NCBI RefSeq assembly: GCF_026626685.1
Contig: NZ_JAPNJX010000001.1
Coordinates: forward strand, 268,752 to 332,751
Reading direction: 5' to 3'
DNA: 64,000 nt
Source of the DNA: Nannocystis sp. SCPEA4
GTDB taxonomy: Bacteria; Myxococcota_A; Polyangia; Nannocystales; Nannocystaceae
Part shown: piece by piece, positions 8,331 to 18,879 of the stretch
Layout of the letters: the number at the start of each line of letters is the position of its first letter
Numbering within the stretch: position 1 is the stretch's first letter
The notes under the pieces: generated by a model
What the model saw: only the letters and a program-made list of their open reading frames with translations
Database searches by the model: none
What the model was told of the DNA's origin: nothing
Program-made: the position numbers and the translations under genes

Positions 8331-10469
8331 TCACAAGCACGGGTCGCCGGCCGGCAGCAGCACCCGCAGCGAGCGCGGCGCCATCGCCACCTCCGCGCCC
8401 GGTGTCACCTCGAGCTGCTCCCCCGTCAGCGCGTCCACGTACGAGCCTGCCTCGAAGGACATGTCCTCGAGCGCGATCGCCCCCGCCTGCCCCGCGCGCC
8501 ACGCCAGCACCAGCGCGCGCTGCCCCTCCGGCGTCGCCCGCTCGAACGCGTACGCCTCGCCCTCGGCCACCAGCGCCCGCCGTTCGCCGCGCAGCAGCGC
8601 CGGCGAGCAGCGGCGCAGCTGCCCGAGCCGGCGCGTCGTCGCCAGCAACTTCGCTTGCGGCGCCATCAACGCGTCGACCGCCGGCATCACCCGCCGGCAG
8701 TCGGGGTCGTTGCCGCCGGCCAGTCCGACCTCGTCGCCGTAGTAGATCACCGGCAGCCCCGGCAGCGTCAGCACCAGCCCAAGCGCCAGCGCCTGGCGCT
8801 CGTACGGCTCCGCCGCGACCGGCTGCGGCTCCGGGCTGGCCCATGGGTCAGGTGCCGTCCCGCCCGCCGCCTCCGACAGGAACCGCGTCGTGTCGTGGTT
8901 CCCGATCATCCGCGCCAGCGTCCCGCCGCTGCCGGCCGTCTTGGCCTCGACCGCGAGCAGCGACGTCTCGACCGCCTCGAACCCCGCCGACTCGTGGGCC
9001 ACCGCGTCGCGCAGCGCCCACATCAGCGGGAAATCGAACACGCTGTCGAGCCCTTCCGGCCCGAGGTAGTAGCGGATCACCTCGATCCCGCCCGCCCCCG
9101 GCCCCGTGAACACCTCGCCGACGAAGAAGCTCGCCTCGCGCGGCGCCAGCCGCTCGCGCACCTCCGCCGCGATCCGGCGCGTCGCCGCCCGCGGCATCAT
9201 CGGCACCGCGTCGATCCGCATCCCGTCGACGTCGAATTCCTCCATCCACCACACCGCGTCCTCGTAGGCCCAGCGCAGCGCCTCCGGCCGCTCGAGCCGC
9301 AGATCGGGCAGGTACGGCGTGAACCAGCACGTCTGGATGTAGCGCCCCCAGTCGCAGCTCCCGAGCCCGCACACACATGTCGGATCGGACCTGTTCCAAA
9401 GGTCCTCCGCCGCGTGCGTCACATAGCGCTCGTTGGCCTCGTACACGTGGTTCGGCACCAGGTCGAGCAGCACCCGGATCCCCCGGGCGTGCGCCGCCGC
9501 CACCAGCGAGCGCAGCGCCGCCTCCCCCCCGATCCGCGGATCGACCGCGCGCGACTCGAGCGGCCAGTAACCGTGATAGCCCTCGTAGAGGTGCCCGTCG
9601 CCGCGGCCCTCGCGGGCCTCCGTCGGGTTCACGTACACCGGCGACAGCCACAGCGCCGTCGCCCCGAGCGCCGCGATCGACTCGAGCTCCGCCTCGATCC
9701 CGTCGAGCGTCCCGCCCGCGCGCCCGCCCGGGCTCGCCGGCGGCGCCAGCGTCGCCCCGCCGGGCCCGCGGAAGCGATCGATCATCACCTGCACGAGCAC
9801 GCCCTCCTGCGGTCGGGCCGCCGCAGGCTCGACCCATCCGACCACCCGCGCCCGCGCCTCGCGACCGGCGCGATCGACCGCCACCAGCTCGAGCGAGTGC
9901 TTGCCGCGAGGCAGCCCCGCGCGCTCGATCGTGATCGACCCGCTCGCCGGATCGATCACCGCCGGCACCACCGTCCCGTCGCTCGCACGGCCCTCCGCGC
10001 GCTGCAGCGGCGAGCCGTCGGCCCCGGCCAGCAGCCGCGCCGACGCCGACCACGTCCCGGCAGGCGTCGCCTCGACCGCGTCGACCACCAGCTCCGGCTG
10101 CGCACAATCGGCGATCCGCAGCAGCGACACCTCGAGGTCGTCCTGCTCGCGCCAGAACGTCGTTAGCGGGTTGTGCTCGTCGACGCGATCGACCCCGTCC
10201 TCGACGATCAGGTAGCCGTATTCGCCGGGCGGCAGCTCGAGCTGCGCCACCTGCCACTGCGGGTCCTCGGCGCTGGTCCGCAGCGGCACCCCGGGCACGT
10301 ACCACGCGTTCCACGAGCCCACGATCTCGAGCGACCCCCCGGCCCGAAGCGGCTGCGCCCACACCGTCACCGTGCAGTCGCGCCGCGGTGGCGCCGCATC
10401 CTCGCAAGCGGCGAGCCCGACCGCGATCGCCGCGGCCATCACTCGGACGTGCCGACCTCCCCCGCGCAT
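8331..10469 (-). CDS. Alpha-amylase family (GH13) lipoprotein with an N-terminal accessory domain
   Basis: LAAC lipobox. The GH13 motifs LWLSPVY, GYHGYW and LLDLVPNHV are present. Confidence 0.85.
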   Translation of the reverse strand: MRGGGRHVRVMAAAIAVGLAACEDAAPPRRDCTVTVWAQPLRAGGSLEIVGSWNAWYVPGVPLRTSAEDPQWQVAQLELPPGEYGYLIVEDGVDRVDEHNPLTTFWREQDDLEVSLLRIADCAQPELVVDAVEATPAGTWSASARLLAGADGSPLQRAEGRASDGTVVPAVIDPASGSITIERAGLPRGKHSLELVAVDRAGREARARVVGWVEPAAARPQEGVLVQVMIDRFRGPGGATLAPPASPGGRAGGTLDGIEAELESIAALGATALWLSPVYVNPTEAREGRGDGHLYEGYHGYWPLESRAVDPRIGGEAALRSLVAAAHARGIRVLLDLVPNHVYEANERYVTHAAEDLWNRSDPTCVCGLGSCDWGRYIQTCWFTPYLPDLRLERPEALRWAYEDAVWWMEEFDVDGMRIDAVPMMPRAATRRIAAEVRERLAPREASFFVGEVFTGPGAGGIEVIRYYLGPEGLDSVFDFPLMWALRDAVAHESAGFEAVETSLLAVEAKTAGSGGTLARMIGNHDTTRFLSEAAGGTAPDPWASPEPQPVAAEPYERQALALGLVLTLPGLPVIYYGDEVGLAGGNDPDCRRVMPAVDALMAPQAKLLATTRRLGQLRRCSPALLRGERRALVAEGEAYAFERATPEGQRALVLAWRAGQAGAIALEDMSFEAGSYVDALTGEQLEVTPGAEVAMAPRSLRVLLPAGDPCL

Positions 10470-10565
10470 CGGCCCCAGCGTATCACGCCGGGCTCTTCTG
10501 CTGGCCGCCGCGTGCAGCCCCGTGCGCGTCTGCCTTGTGGTGCTACGGGTTTCACGGAGCCACTC

Positions 10566-10874
10566 ATGCAGTCACAACAGATGATCCAGGCCCTCGCGCA
10601 GATCACCTCGGACTTCCGCCGCGGCGACCTCGACGCCGCCTATCAGGGCTATCGCGACCTGTTCAGCAGCCCCGCCTTCAACCAGGGCAGCGCCGACGAT
10701 CGGCGACAGGCGCTGCGGCAACTCGTCTACACCCAGGGTGCCCCGACCCAGTTCACCCGGACCATGCGGGTCGCCCACGACGCCGCGCTCGGGCCGATCC
10801 AGGCCCTCGTCGCCGAGCAGGACGACCCGGCCGACCGCGAGATGCTGCGCCTCTGCAAGACTCGTCTGACGTAG
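10566..10874 (+). CDS. Small hypothetical protein (102 aa)
   Basis: High GC3 in frame. No homology recognised. Lies between the amylase and porin genes. Confidence 0.4.
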   Translation: MQSQQMIQALAQITSDFRRGDLDAAYQGYRDLFSSPAFNQGSADDRRQALRQLVYTQGAPTQFTRTMRVAHDAALGPIQALVAEQDDPADREMLRLCKTRLT

Positions 10875-10931
10875 CCCGCGATCCACGCTCGACAACCGTC
10901 GTCGCTTCGGAGTACCACTTGCGACGACGCC

Positions 10932-12566
10932 GTGCGCCGCGATCTTCGTCCTGTCCTGTCCCTCGCCGTCGCGTTCCTCGGCGCCGCCGTATCGCCTGCG
11001 GCCGCCGCCCAGAGCCCGTCCGCGCCGCCGACCACCTCGCAGCCGACCGCCTCGACGCCGCCGGTCACCCCGGCACCGACCGAAGCTGTCCCTGCGGACA
11101 GCCCGACGGAGGTCGCCACCGAGCCGGAGCCCGCGCCCGCCGAGGCCACCCCGCGCGAGGAGCCTGCCCCCGCGCCCGTGCCCGAGCCAGCCGTCAAGCC
11201 GGAGAAGAAGCCGGCCGCCAAGGGCCCGCACCCGCACGATCCCAACAGCCCCCCGGGCCTCGCCGACGGCTTCCACTTCGGCTCCTACGGCCGCGTCATC
11301 GCCGGCGGTGATGCGGCAGGTCGGGCCGGGCGCAACGGCGACATCGTCGCCCGCGGGTCACGGCTCGACGAGGCCAACTACGCCGAGCTCGAGCTGCGCC
11401 GCGAGGACTACTGGAAGTCGACCGGCGCCTACACGCGGATCGTCGCCACCACCGCCTTCGCCAACCCGATCTTCCACTACAACGGCCAGTTCGCCGCCTC
11501 GCTGGCGATCCGCAACCTCTACCTCGAGGTCCGCAATGCCGGCGTCAAGGGCCTGTCCTTTTGGGCAGGTTCACGCATGTACCGCGGCGACGACATCTAC
11601 CTGCTCGACTTCTGGCCGCTCGACAACCTCAACACCATCGGCGGCGGCGTCGGCTACACCTTCAAGACCGGCACCGAGCTCAAGTTCCACGCCGGCCTCA
11701 ATCAGCCGACCGATCCGTACTATCGCCAGACCATCCTGCGCCCGCCCACCTACAATCAATTCGGGCAGGCCGAGGTCGCGATCCTCGATCGCCAGAAGCT
11801 GGTCAGCAGCGTCAAGCTCAGCCACGTCTGGCCGGTCGGCGAGAGCGGCGGCATCAAGGGCATCCTCTACGGCGAGCTGCACTACGTGCCCGAGGGCCAG
11901 CGCGAGGTCGAGAGCAAGGTCTACGAGCAGGTCCCCAAGGACAAGGGCTTCGTCGGCGGCGCCCAGGTCGGCGCCTTCACCGGCAAGCGCAGCACCTACG
12001 TCAACCTCACCGCGCGCTTCGCCTCCGGCCTGGCCGCCTATGGCGAGCTCAATGCACCCCGGCAGCTGCGGCCCGATCGCCTGACCACCGGCGCCTACGA
12101 ATTGCTCGTCACCCTCAGCGGCAACTGGGAGCGCGGCCCGTTCGGCCTGCTCATGGGCTCGTATTATCGCCAGTTCCGCAACGCCAGCCGCTCGCTCGAC
12201 TGGGACGACCTCAACGAGGGCATCGTCATCGCCCGCCCGCAGGTGTGGTTCGCCAAGATCGCCGGCGTCGCGCTCGAGGCCTCGTATCAGGCCCAGCAGC
12301 GCGGCGTCGCCACCGAGGCCGAGCCCAACCTGTTCAAGCCCGTGTTCGCGCAGATGGGCCGCTTCGGCCTGATCCCCTTCATCACCCCGGGCGGCCCCGG
12401 CGCGTTCCAGCGCCCGCACATCCGCCTGATCTATCTCCTCACCGTGCGCGACGCCGGCGCGCGCTCGTTCTACCCGGCCGACGACAAGTTCGCCCGCCGC
12501 GGCGTCGATCACTTCATCGGCGTCGGGGCCGAATGGTGGTTCGGCTCGACCAGTTACTTCCGCTGA
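10932..12566 (+). CDS. Maltoporin (LamB)-like outer-membrane carbohydrate porin with a Pro/Ala/Thr-rich N-terminal linker
   Basis: Signal peptide. GFHFGSYGRV / SRLDEANYAELELRRE / SFWAGSRMYRGDDIYLLDFWPLDNLNTIGGGVG align with E. coli LamB DFHGYARSG / YRLGNECETYAELKLGQE / [30 protein letters not shown]. Confidence 0.7.
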   Translation: MRRDLRPVLSLAVAFLGAAVSPAAAAQSPSAPPTTSQPTASTPPVTPAPTEAVPADSPTEVATEPEPAPAEATPREEPAPAPVPEPAVKPEKKPAAKGPHPHDPNSPPGLADGFHFGSYGRVIAGGDAAGRAGRNGDIVARGSRLDEANYAELELRREDYWKSTGAYTRIVATTAFANPIFHYNGQFAASLAIRNLYLEVRNAGVKGLSFWAGSRMYRGDDIYLLDFWPLDNLNTIGGGVGYTFKTGTELKFHAGLNQPTDPYYRQTILRPPTYNQFGQAEVAILDRQKLVSSVKLSHVWPVGESGGIKGILYGELHYVPEGQREVESKVYEQVPKDKGFVGGAQVGAFTGKRSTYVNLTARFASGLAAYGELNAPRQLRPDRLTTGAYELLVTLSGNWERGPFGLLMGSYYRQFRNASRSLDWDDLNEGIVIARPQVWFAKIAGVALEASYQAQQRGVATEAEPNLFKPVFAQMGRFGLIPFITPGGPGAFQRPHIRLIYLLTVRDAGARSFYPADDKFARRGVDHFIGVGAEWWFGSTSYFR

Positions 12567-12594
12567 CGCGGACTGTCGCGAACGGAGGCACCCC

Positions 12595-14553
12595 ATGCAA
12601 TTCCGACTCCTCGCATTCGCCCCCGCGCTCCTCGCCGCCGCCGGCTGCCTGCACTTCGACACCCTCGAGGAGCCGGTCAAGGTCGCCACCCACGCCCAGG
12701 ACTGGCGCGAGGCCGTCATCTACCAGGTCCTCATCGACCGCTTCGACGACGGCGACGACGGCAACAACTATTTGCTCGACCGCGAGAACATGGCCCGCTA
12801 CCACGGCGGCGACTGGATCGGGCTCGAGAACCGGCTCGACTACATCCAGGAGCTCGGCGTCAACACTTTGTGGATCTCGCCGGTCATCAAGAACATCGAG
12901 ACCGACGCCAACGTCGACGGCTATCACGGCTACTGGGCCGTCGACCTGACCCAGCCGAACGCCCACTTCGGCAACCTCGACGATCTGCGCAGCCTCGTCC
13001 AGGCCGCGCACGAGCGCGACATGCTGGTCGTGATCGACATCGTCGCCAATCACATGGGTCAGCTGTTCTTCTACGACATGAACCTCAACGGCGTGCCCGA
13101 CATCCTGCTGCAGGGCACCGGCACCCGCCCGCAGGGCACCCCGGTGCCGCCCGGCTTCGATCAATCGGGCTTCACCCACATCACCGAGTACGACCCCGAC
13201 TTCAACCCCGGCGGCGTCCAGGCCTTCACCTCGCTGGGGCCCGCCGGCCCGGCGCCGATCATCTTCCCCTTCGATCCGAAGAGCGGCCACGTCACCCCGA
13301 TGCCGGCCATCTTCCAGAACCCCGACGTCTACAACCGCAAGGGTCGCACCTTCAATTACGACGACCCGCAGCAGCTCCTCACCGGTGATTTCCCCGGCGG
13401 CCTGAAGGACGTCAACACCACCCGCTGCGACGTCAAGCAGGCGTTCGTCGACTCGTACGCGCGGTGGATCGAGCTGACCGACGCCGACGGCTTCCGCATC
13501 GACACCGTCAAGCACGTCGAGCGCGAGTTCTGGCGCTACTTCACCCAGCGCGTGCGCCAGCGGCTGGCGGCCCAGGGCAAGACGAAGTTCTTCATGTTCG
13601 GCGAGGCCTTCGACGGCCGCGACGAGCTGGTCGGCTCGTTCACCAAGAACGACCTCCCGAGCGACGAGGAGCTCGCGCGCGAGAACTCGTGCGACGACGG
13701 CCCCAAGCTCACCGGCGACCAGCTCGACAGCGCCTTCTACTTCCCGCAGCACTACCAGGTGTTCCGCGACGTGTTCCAGGACGCCGCCTCGACCGACCGG
13801 ATCGCCACCTTGTGGGCCAACAAGACCGTCAATTACGGCACCGTCGCCCCGGCCGCCAGCGCCGGCGTCGCGCCCCACAAGGTCCTCGTCAACTTCATCG
13901 ACAACCACGACGTCGCCCGCTTCCTCTACTTCGCCCGCGCGCGCGTCGACGCCGACCCCGCGTTCGCCGGCAAGTCGCTGCGCGACAAGGAGCTGCGCCT
14001 GCGCGCCATGCTGCAGAACGCCCTCCTCATGCTCATGACCGCCGAGGGCATCCCGTGCCTCTATTACGGCACCGAGCTCGAGTACCGCGGCGGCAACGAC
14101 CCGAGCAACCGCGAAGACATGTGGCGGCCCTACCCCTATTTGGGCGACACCGCCGCCCCGCCCGCGTTCGACACCACCGGCCCGACCTTCGTCTTCACCA
14201 AGAAGCTGATCGAGATGCGCAAGAAGCTGGCCGCCCTGCGCCGCGGCGACACCACGGTCGTGTGGTCGACCTCGCGCACCGGCGACGAGTCCGACGCCGG
14301 GATCTTCGCGTTCGAGCGCGCCGGCGGCGACGCGGGCGGCAACTATGCGCTCGTCGTGTTCAACACCAACCAGAACCACGACAGCCGCACCGCCTTCGAC
14401 GGCACCACCATGACCACCTCCGCGCCCGCCGGCGCTGTCCTGGTCGACGTGCTGGGCGGCAACAAGCAATACACCGTCGGGGCAGGCGGTGCGCTCGACC
14501 TCACCCTCCCGCCGGTGTCCGGCATGCTCCTGGTCCCGCAGCAAGACGTCTGA
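12595..14553 (+). CDS. Alpha-amylase family (GH13) lipoprotein
   Basis: Lipoprotein signal MQFRLLAFAPALLAAAGC. GGDWIGL...LGVNTLWISPV...GYHGYWAVD...VVIDIVANHMG. Confidence 0.85.
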   Translation: MQFRLLAFAPALLAAAGCLHFDTLEEPVKVATHAQDWREAVIYQVLIDRFDDGDDGNNYLLDRENMARYHGGDWIGLENRLDYIQELGVNTLWISPVIKNIETDANVDGYHGYWAVDLTQPNAHFGNLDDLRSLVQAAHERDMLVVIDIVANHMGQLFFYDMNLNGVPDILLQGTGTRPQGTPVPPGFDQSGFTHITEYDPDFNPGGVQAFTSLGPAGPAPIIFPFDPKSGHVTPMPAIFQNPDVYNRKGRTFNYDDPQQLLTGDFPGGLKDVNTTRCDVKQAFVDSYARWIELTDADGFRIDTVKHVEREFWRYFTQRVRQRLAAQGKTKFFMFGEAFDGRDELVGSFTKNDLPSDEELARENSCDDGPKLTGDQLDSAFYFPQHYQVFRDVFQDAASTDRIATLWANKTVNYGTVAPAASAGVAPHKVLVNFIDNHDVARFLYFARARVDADPAFAGKSLRDKELRLRAMLQNALLMLMTAEGIPCLYYGTELEYRGGNDPSNREDMWRPYPYLGDTAAPPAFDTTGPTFVFTKKLIEMRKKLAALRRGDTTVVWSTSRTGDESDAGIFAFERAGGDAGGNYALVVFNTNQNHDSRTAFDGTTMTTSAPAGAVLVDVLGGNKQYTVGAGGALDLTLPPVSGMLLVPQQDV

Positions 14554-14559
14554 CGATTC

Positions 14560-15633
<1,074 letters not shown>

Positions 15634-15677
15634 GCATGTTTTCAAGGGCCTGTCGATACGCGCATGTCCGTCCGGAC

Positions 15678-17873
15678 ATGCGCCAACGAACAGGCTCTCT
15701 CGGACATGTCCTCTGCGCCGCGTTCGCGCTGCTGGCCGCCCTCGCCCCCGCCCTCGCCCGGGCCGACGACCTGCGCCTGTGGCACGCCTACCGCGACGCC
15801 GAGGCCGCCGCCCTGGTCGAGGTCGTCGAGCGCTTCAGCGCGGCGACCGGCCACCGCGTCGAGCTGCTGGCCGTCGCCCACGAGAGCTTCGCCAGCAAGC
15901 TGGCGGCGACCATCCCGCGCGGCCAGGGCCCCGACGTCTTCATCGACTCGCACGAGCGCCTCGGCGACTACCGCCAGCGCGCCCTCGTCGGCCCGGCTAC
16001 TGCGGCGCTCGACGCAGCCGACGTCTACTCGGCGCAGTCGCTGGCGGCGGTCACCCAGGACGGCGTCGTCTGGGGCGTGCCGCTGAGCGCCAAGTCGGTC
16101 GCGCTGTTCGTCAACGCCGGTCTCGTCGGACATGTCCCGAAGACCCTGGAGGAGATCGCCGCGCTGTCGCTGCCCACCGGCGTCTACCCGCTCGCCTACG
16201 AGGCCCAGAGCGCCTACGGCCACATGCCGCTGCTGGCGGCCTTCGGCGGGCGCATGCTCGCCGAGGACGCGTCCTTCGGCTTCGTCGGGCCGGCTGCCGA
16301 GCGCTCGCTGGCGTTCGCGCGCGAGCTCGCCGAGCGCGGCGCCGTCCCGCGCGACGCCGACGGGGCGCTCGTCGCCGACCTGTTCCGCAGCGGCCGAGCG
16401 GCCTTCGCCATCAGCGGCCCTTGGCTGGTCGGCGATCTCGCGCAGGTGGGCTTCGCCTGGCGCGTCGTCCCGCTGCCCATCGTCGCCGAGACCGGCCTGC
16501 CGATGCGCCCGCCGCTGACCGTCGAGGCCGCCATGCTGTCGCCGCAGGGCGCCGCGAAGCATGCCGCGCTGGCCCTCGCCCGCGCCCTGGGCAGCGCCGA
16601 CGCGGCCGAGCTGCGCCAGCGCCAGGCCGGCACCCTGTCCGTGAGGACAGACGTACCTGTCCCCGAGGACAACCCCGTCCTCGCCGGCTTCCGCGCCCAG
16701 GCCGAGCTCGCCGAGCCGATGTCGGCCGACCCGGCGATGCGCTCGACCTGGGAGCCGGCCTTCCGCGCGATCCGCAAGGTCCTGCGCGGCCAGGCCGACC
16801 CCGCCGAGGCCCTCGCCGAGGCCGCGCACCGCTTCGCCGACGTCCGCCGCCCGCCGCCGGCAGCCGCCTCGCCGACCCCCGCGCTCCTGTTGCTCGGCCT
16901 CGGCCTCCTGCTCGTCGCGTTCCACCTGGTCCGCCGCGCCCGCGACCCCGACGCGCGCCAGGCCCTGCGCCGCTCGCTGCCCGCCTACCGCTACGTCGCC
17001 CACAGCGTCGTCGTCGTCGGCCTGCTGGTGTTCGTCCCGCTGATCGTCGGCGCCGCCACCTCGCTGTTCGCCGGCCGTCCCGGCGAGGGCTACTACGTCG
17101 GCCTCGCCAACTTCTTCGAGATCCTCACCGCCCGCGGCGGCCCCTTGCTCGCCACCGGCTCGTTCTGGTTCGTCCTCCTCGTCACCTTCCTGTGGACGGC
17201 CGTCAACGTCGTCCTCCATCTCGGCATCGGCCTCGCGCTCGGCCTCGTGCTGTCGCGCCCGACCCTGCGCCTGCGCGCGCTCTACCGCGTGCTCCTGATC
17301 ATCCCCTGGGCCGTCCCCAGCTACGTCACCGCCCTGGCGTGGAAGGGCATGTTCCACCAGCAGTTCGGCGCCGTCACCGGCCTGATTCACGCCGTCAACG
17401 ACGTGTTCGGCACCAGCGTCGAGCCGATCGCCTGGTTCTCGCGCTTCGCAACCGCCTTCGCCGCCAACGTCGCCACCAACGTGTGGCTCGGCTTCCCCTT
17501 CATGATGGTCGTCACCCTCGGCGCGCTCACGGCCGTGCCCGCCGACGTGCTCGAGGCCGCCGAGGTCGACGGCGCCTCGCGCTGGCAACGCCTCACCCGC
17601 GTCACCTTGCCGGTGATCCGCCCCGCCCTCGCCCCGGCCGTCACCCTCGGCGCGATCTGGACCTTCAACATGTTCAACGTCGTGTTCCTCGTCTCGGGCG
17701 GCGACCCCGACGGCGCGACCGACATCCTCGTCAGCGAGGCCTACCGCTGGGCCTTCACCCGCGAGGCCCAGTACGGCTACGCCGCCGCCTACGCCGTCCT
17801 GATCTTCCTGCTCCTGCTCGTCACCACCCGCCTGCCGGCCTGGTTGGCCCGCCGCTCGGAGGCCGCGCGATGA
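15678..17873 (+). CDS. Fused maltose/maltodextrin-binding protein (MalE-like) and permease (MalF-like), a single ~731-aa polypeptide
   Basis: Signal peptide MRQRTGSLGHVLCAAFALLAALAPALARA. The MalE C-terminal region ...MSADPAMRSTWEPAFRAIRKVLRGQADPAEALAEAAHRFA aligns with E. coli MalE ...[31 protein letters not shown]. It continues without a stop into TM helices and the EAA-loop permease region (VLEAAEVDGASRWQRLTRVTLPVIRP). Confidence 0.7.
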   Translation: MRQRTGSLGHVLCAAFALLAALAPALARADDLRLWHAYRDAEAAALVEVVERFSAATGHRVELLAVAHESFASKLAATIPRGQGPDVFIDSHERLGDYRQRALVGPATAALDAADVYSAQSLAAVTQDGVVWGVPLSAKSVALFVNAGLVGHVPKTLEEIAALSLPTGVYPLAYEAQSAYGHMPLLAAFGGRMLAEDASFGFVGPAAERSLAFARELAERGAVPRDADGALVADLFRSGRAAFAISGPWLVGDLAQVGFAWRVVPLPIVAETGLPMRPPLTVEAAMLSPQGAAKHAALALARALGSADAAELRQRQAGTLSVRTDVPVPEDNPVLAGFRAQAELAEPMSADPAMRSTWEPAFRAIRKVLRGQADPAEALAEAAHRFADVRRPPPAAASPTPALLLLGLGLLLVAFHLVRRARDPDARQALRRSLPAYRYVAHSVVVVGLLVFVPLIVGAATSLFAGRPGEGYYVGLANFFEILTARGGPLLATGSFWFVLLVTFLWTAVNVVLHLGIGLALGLVLSRPTLRLRALYRVLLIIPWAVPSYVTALAWKGMFHQQFGAVTGLIHAVNDVFGTSVEPIAWFSRFATAFAANVATNVWLGFPFMMVVTLGALTAVPADVLEAAEVDGASRWQRLTRVTLPVIRPALAPAVTLGAIWTFNMFNVVFLVSGGDPDGATDILVSEAYRWAFTREAQYGYAAAYAVLIFLLLLVTTRLPAWLARRSEAAR

Positions 17874-17997
17874 TCCCCCGCGAGCACCCTGCCACGAGGC
17901 TCTTCGAGCCTGCCCCTACGGCCATGTCCTCAGGGTCATGCCTCTCACGACATGCCCTGACGACCATCCCACCCCCCCTCACCGTCGAGGTCCGCCC

Positions 17998-18876
17998 ATG
18001 AGCGCCTCCGGTCAGGGCCGCCGGGTCAGCCTCGCCGAGTCGATCGGCGCCCACCTGCTGCTGATCGTCGCCGTCGCGTTCGCCCTCTACCCTGTCCTTT
18101 GGGTCATCTCGCTCGCGTTCTCCGGCGCCGTCGAGCCGACCGCGCGGGTGATCCCGGTCCCGATCGAGCCGACCCTCGAGCACCTGCGCGGCGTCGCCTT
18201 CTCGACCCTCGAGGTGCCCGGCGGCCCCGATCGGTGGTTGTTCGGCCTGCAGCTCGCCAACTCGATCGTCATCAGCCTGGCGACCGCGCTGGTCGGCGTC
18301 ATCATCGCCGTGCCGACCGCCTACGCCCTGGCCCGCTTCGAGTTCGTCGGCAAGGACTCGGGCGTGCGCGCGCTGCTGGCCACGCAGATGTTCCCCGCGG
18401 TCGCCAGCGCGATCCCCCTCTACATCATCCTCGACGGCCTCGGCCTGCTCGGCACCCGCTCGGGCCTGGTCCTCTGCTACGCCACCACCGCCGTCCCGTT
18501 CGCCATCTTCCAGCTGCGCGGCGCCTTCGAGACCATCCCGCGCGACCTCGAGGAGGCCGCGATGGTCGACGGTGCGACCCGCTTCGAGGCCTTCCTCAAG
18601 GTCGTCCTGCCCGCCGCGCGCCCCGCCATCGCCGTCACCGCGCTGTTCGCCTTCATGAGCGCCTACAACGAGTTCGTGCTGGCCCACACCATGCTCGGGC
18701 GCGAGGAGATGTACACCGTCCCGGTGGTGCTGCAGCGCTACATCTCCGAGTTCAGCGCCGACTGGCCCAAGTTCGCCGCCGGCTCGCTGATCGTCTCGAT
18801 CCCGGTGATGATCCTCTTCTACATCGCCCAGCGCCACCTCATCGCCGGCCTCACCGCCGGCGGCGTCAAGGGCTGA
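17998..18876 (+). CDS. malG: ABC sugar permease, MalG-like
   Basis: Six TM segments. EAA motif LEEAAMVDGATRFEAFLKVVLPAARPA. The upstream 60 nt of the ORF (from 17938) overlaps a palindromic-motif cluster, so the later Met was chosen. Confidence 0.85.
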   Translation: MSASGQGRRVSLAESIGAHLLLIVAVAFALYPVLWVISLAFSGAVEPTARVIPVPIEPTLEHLRGVAFSTLEVPGGPDRWLFGLQLANSIVISLATALVGVIIAVPTAYALARFEFVGKDSGVRALLATQMFPAVASAIPLYIILDGLGLLGTRSGLVLCYATTAVPFAIFQLRGAFETIPRDLEEAAMVDGATRFEAFLKVVLPAARPAIAVTALFAFMSAYNEFVLAHTMLGREEMYTVPVVLQRYISEFSADWPKFAAGSLIVSIPVMILFYIAQRHLIAGLTAGGVKG

Positions 18877-18879
18877 CGG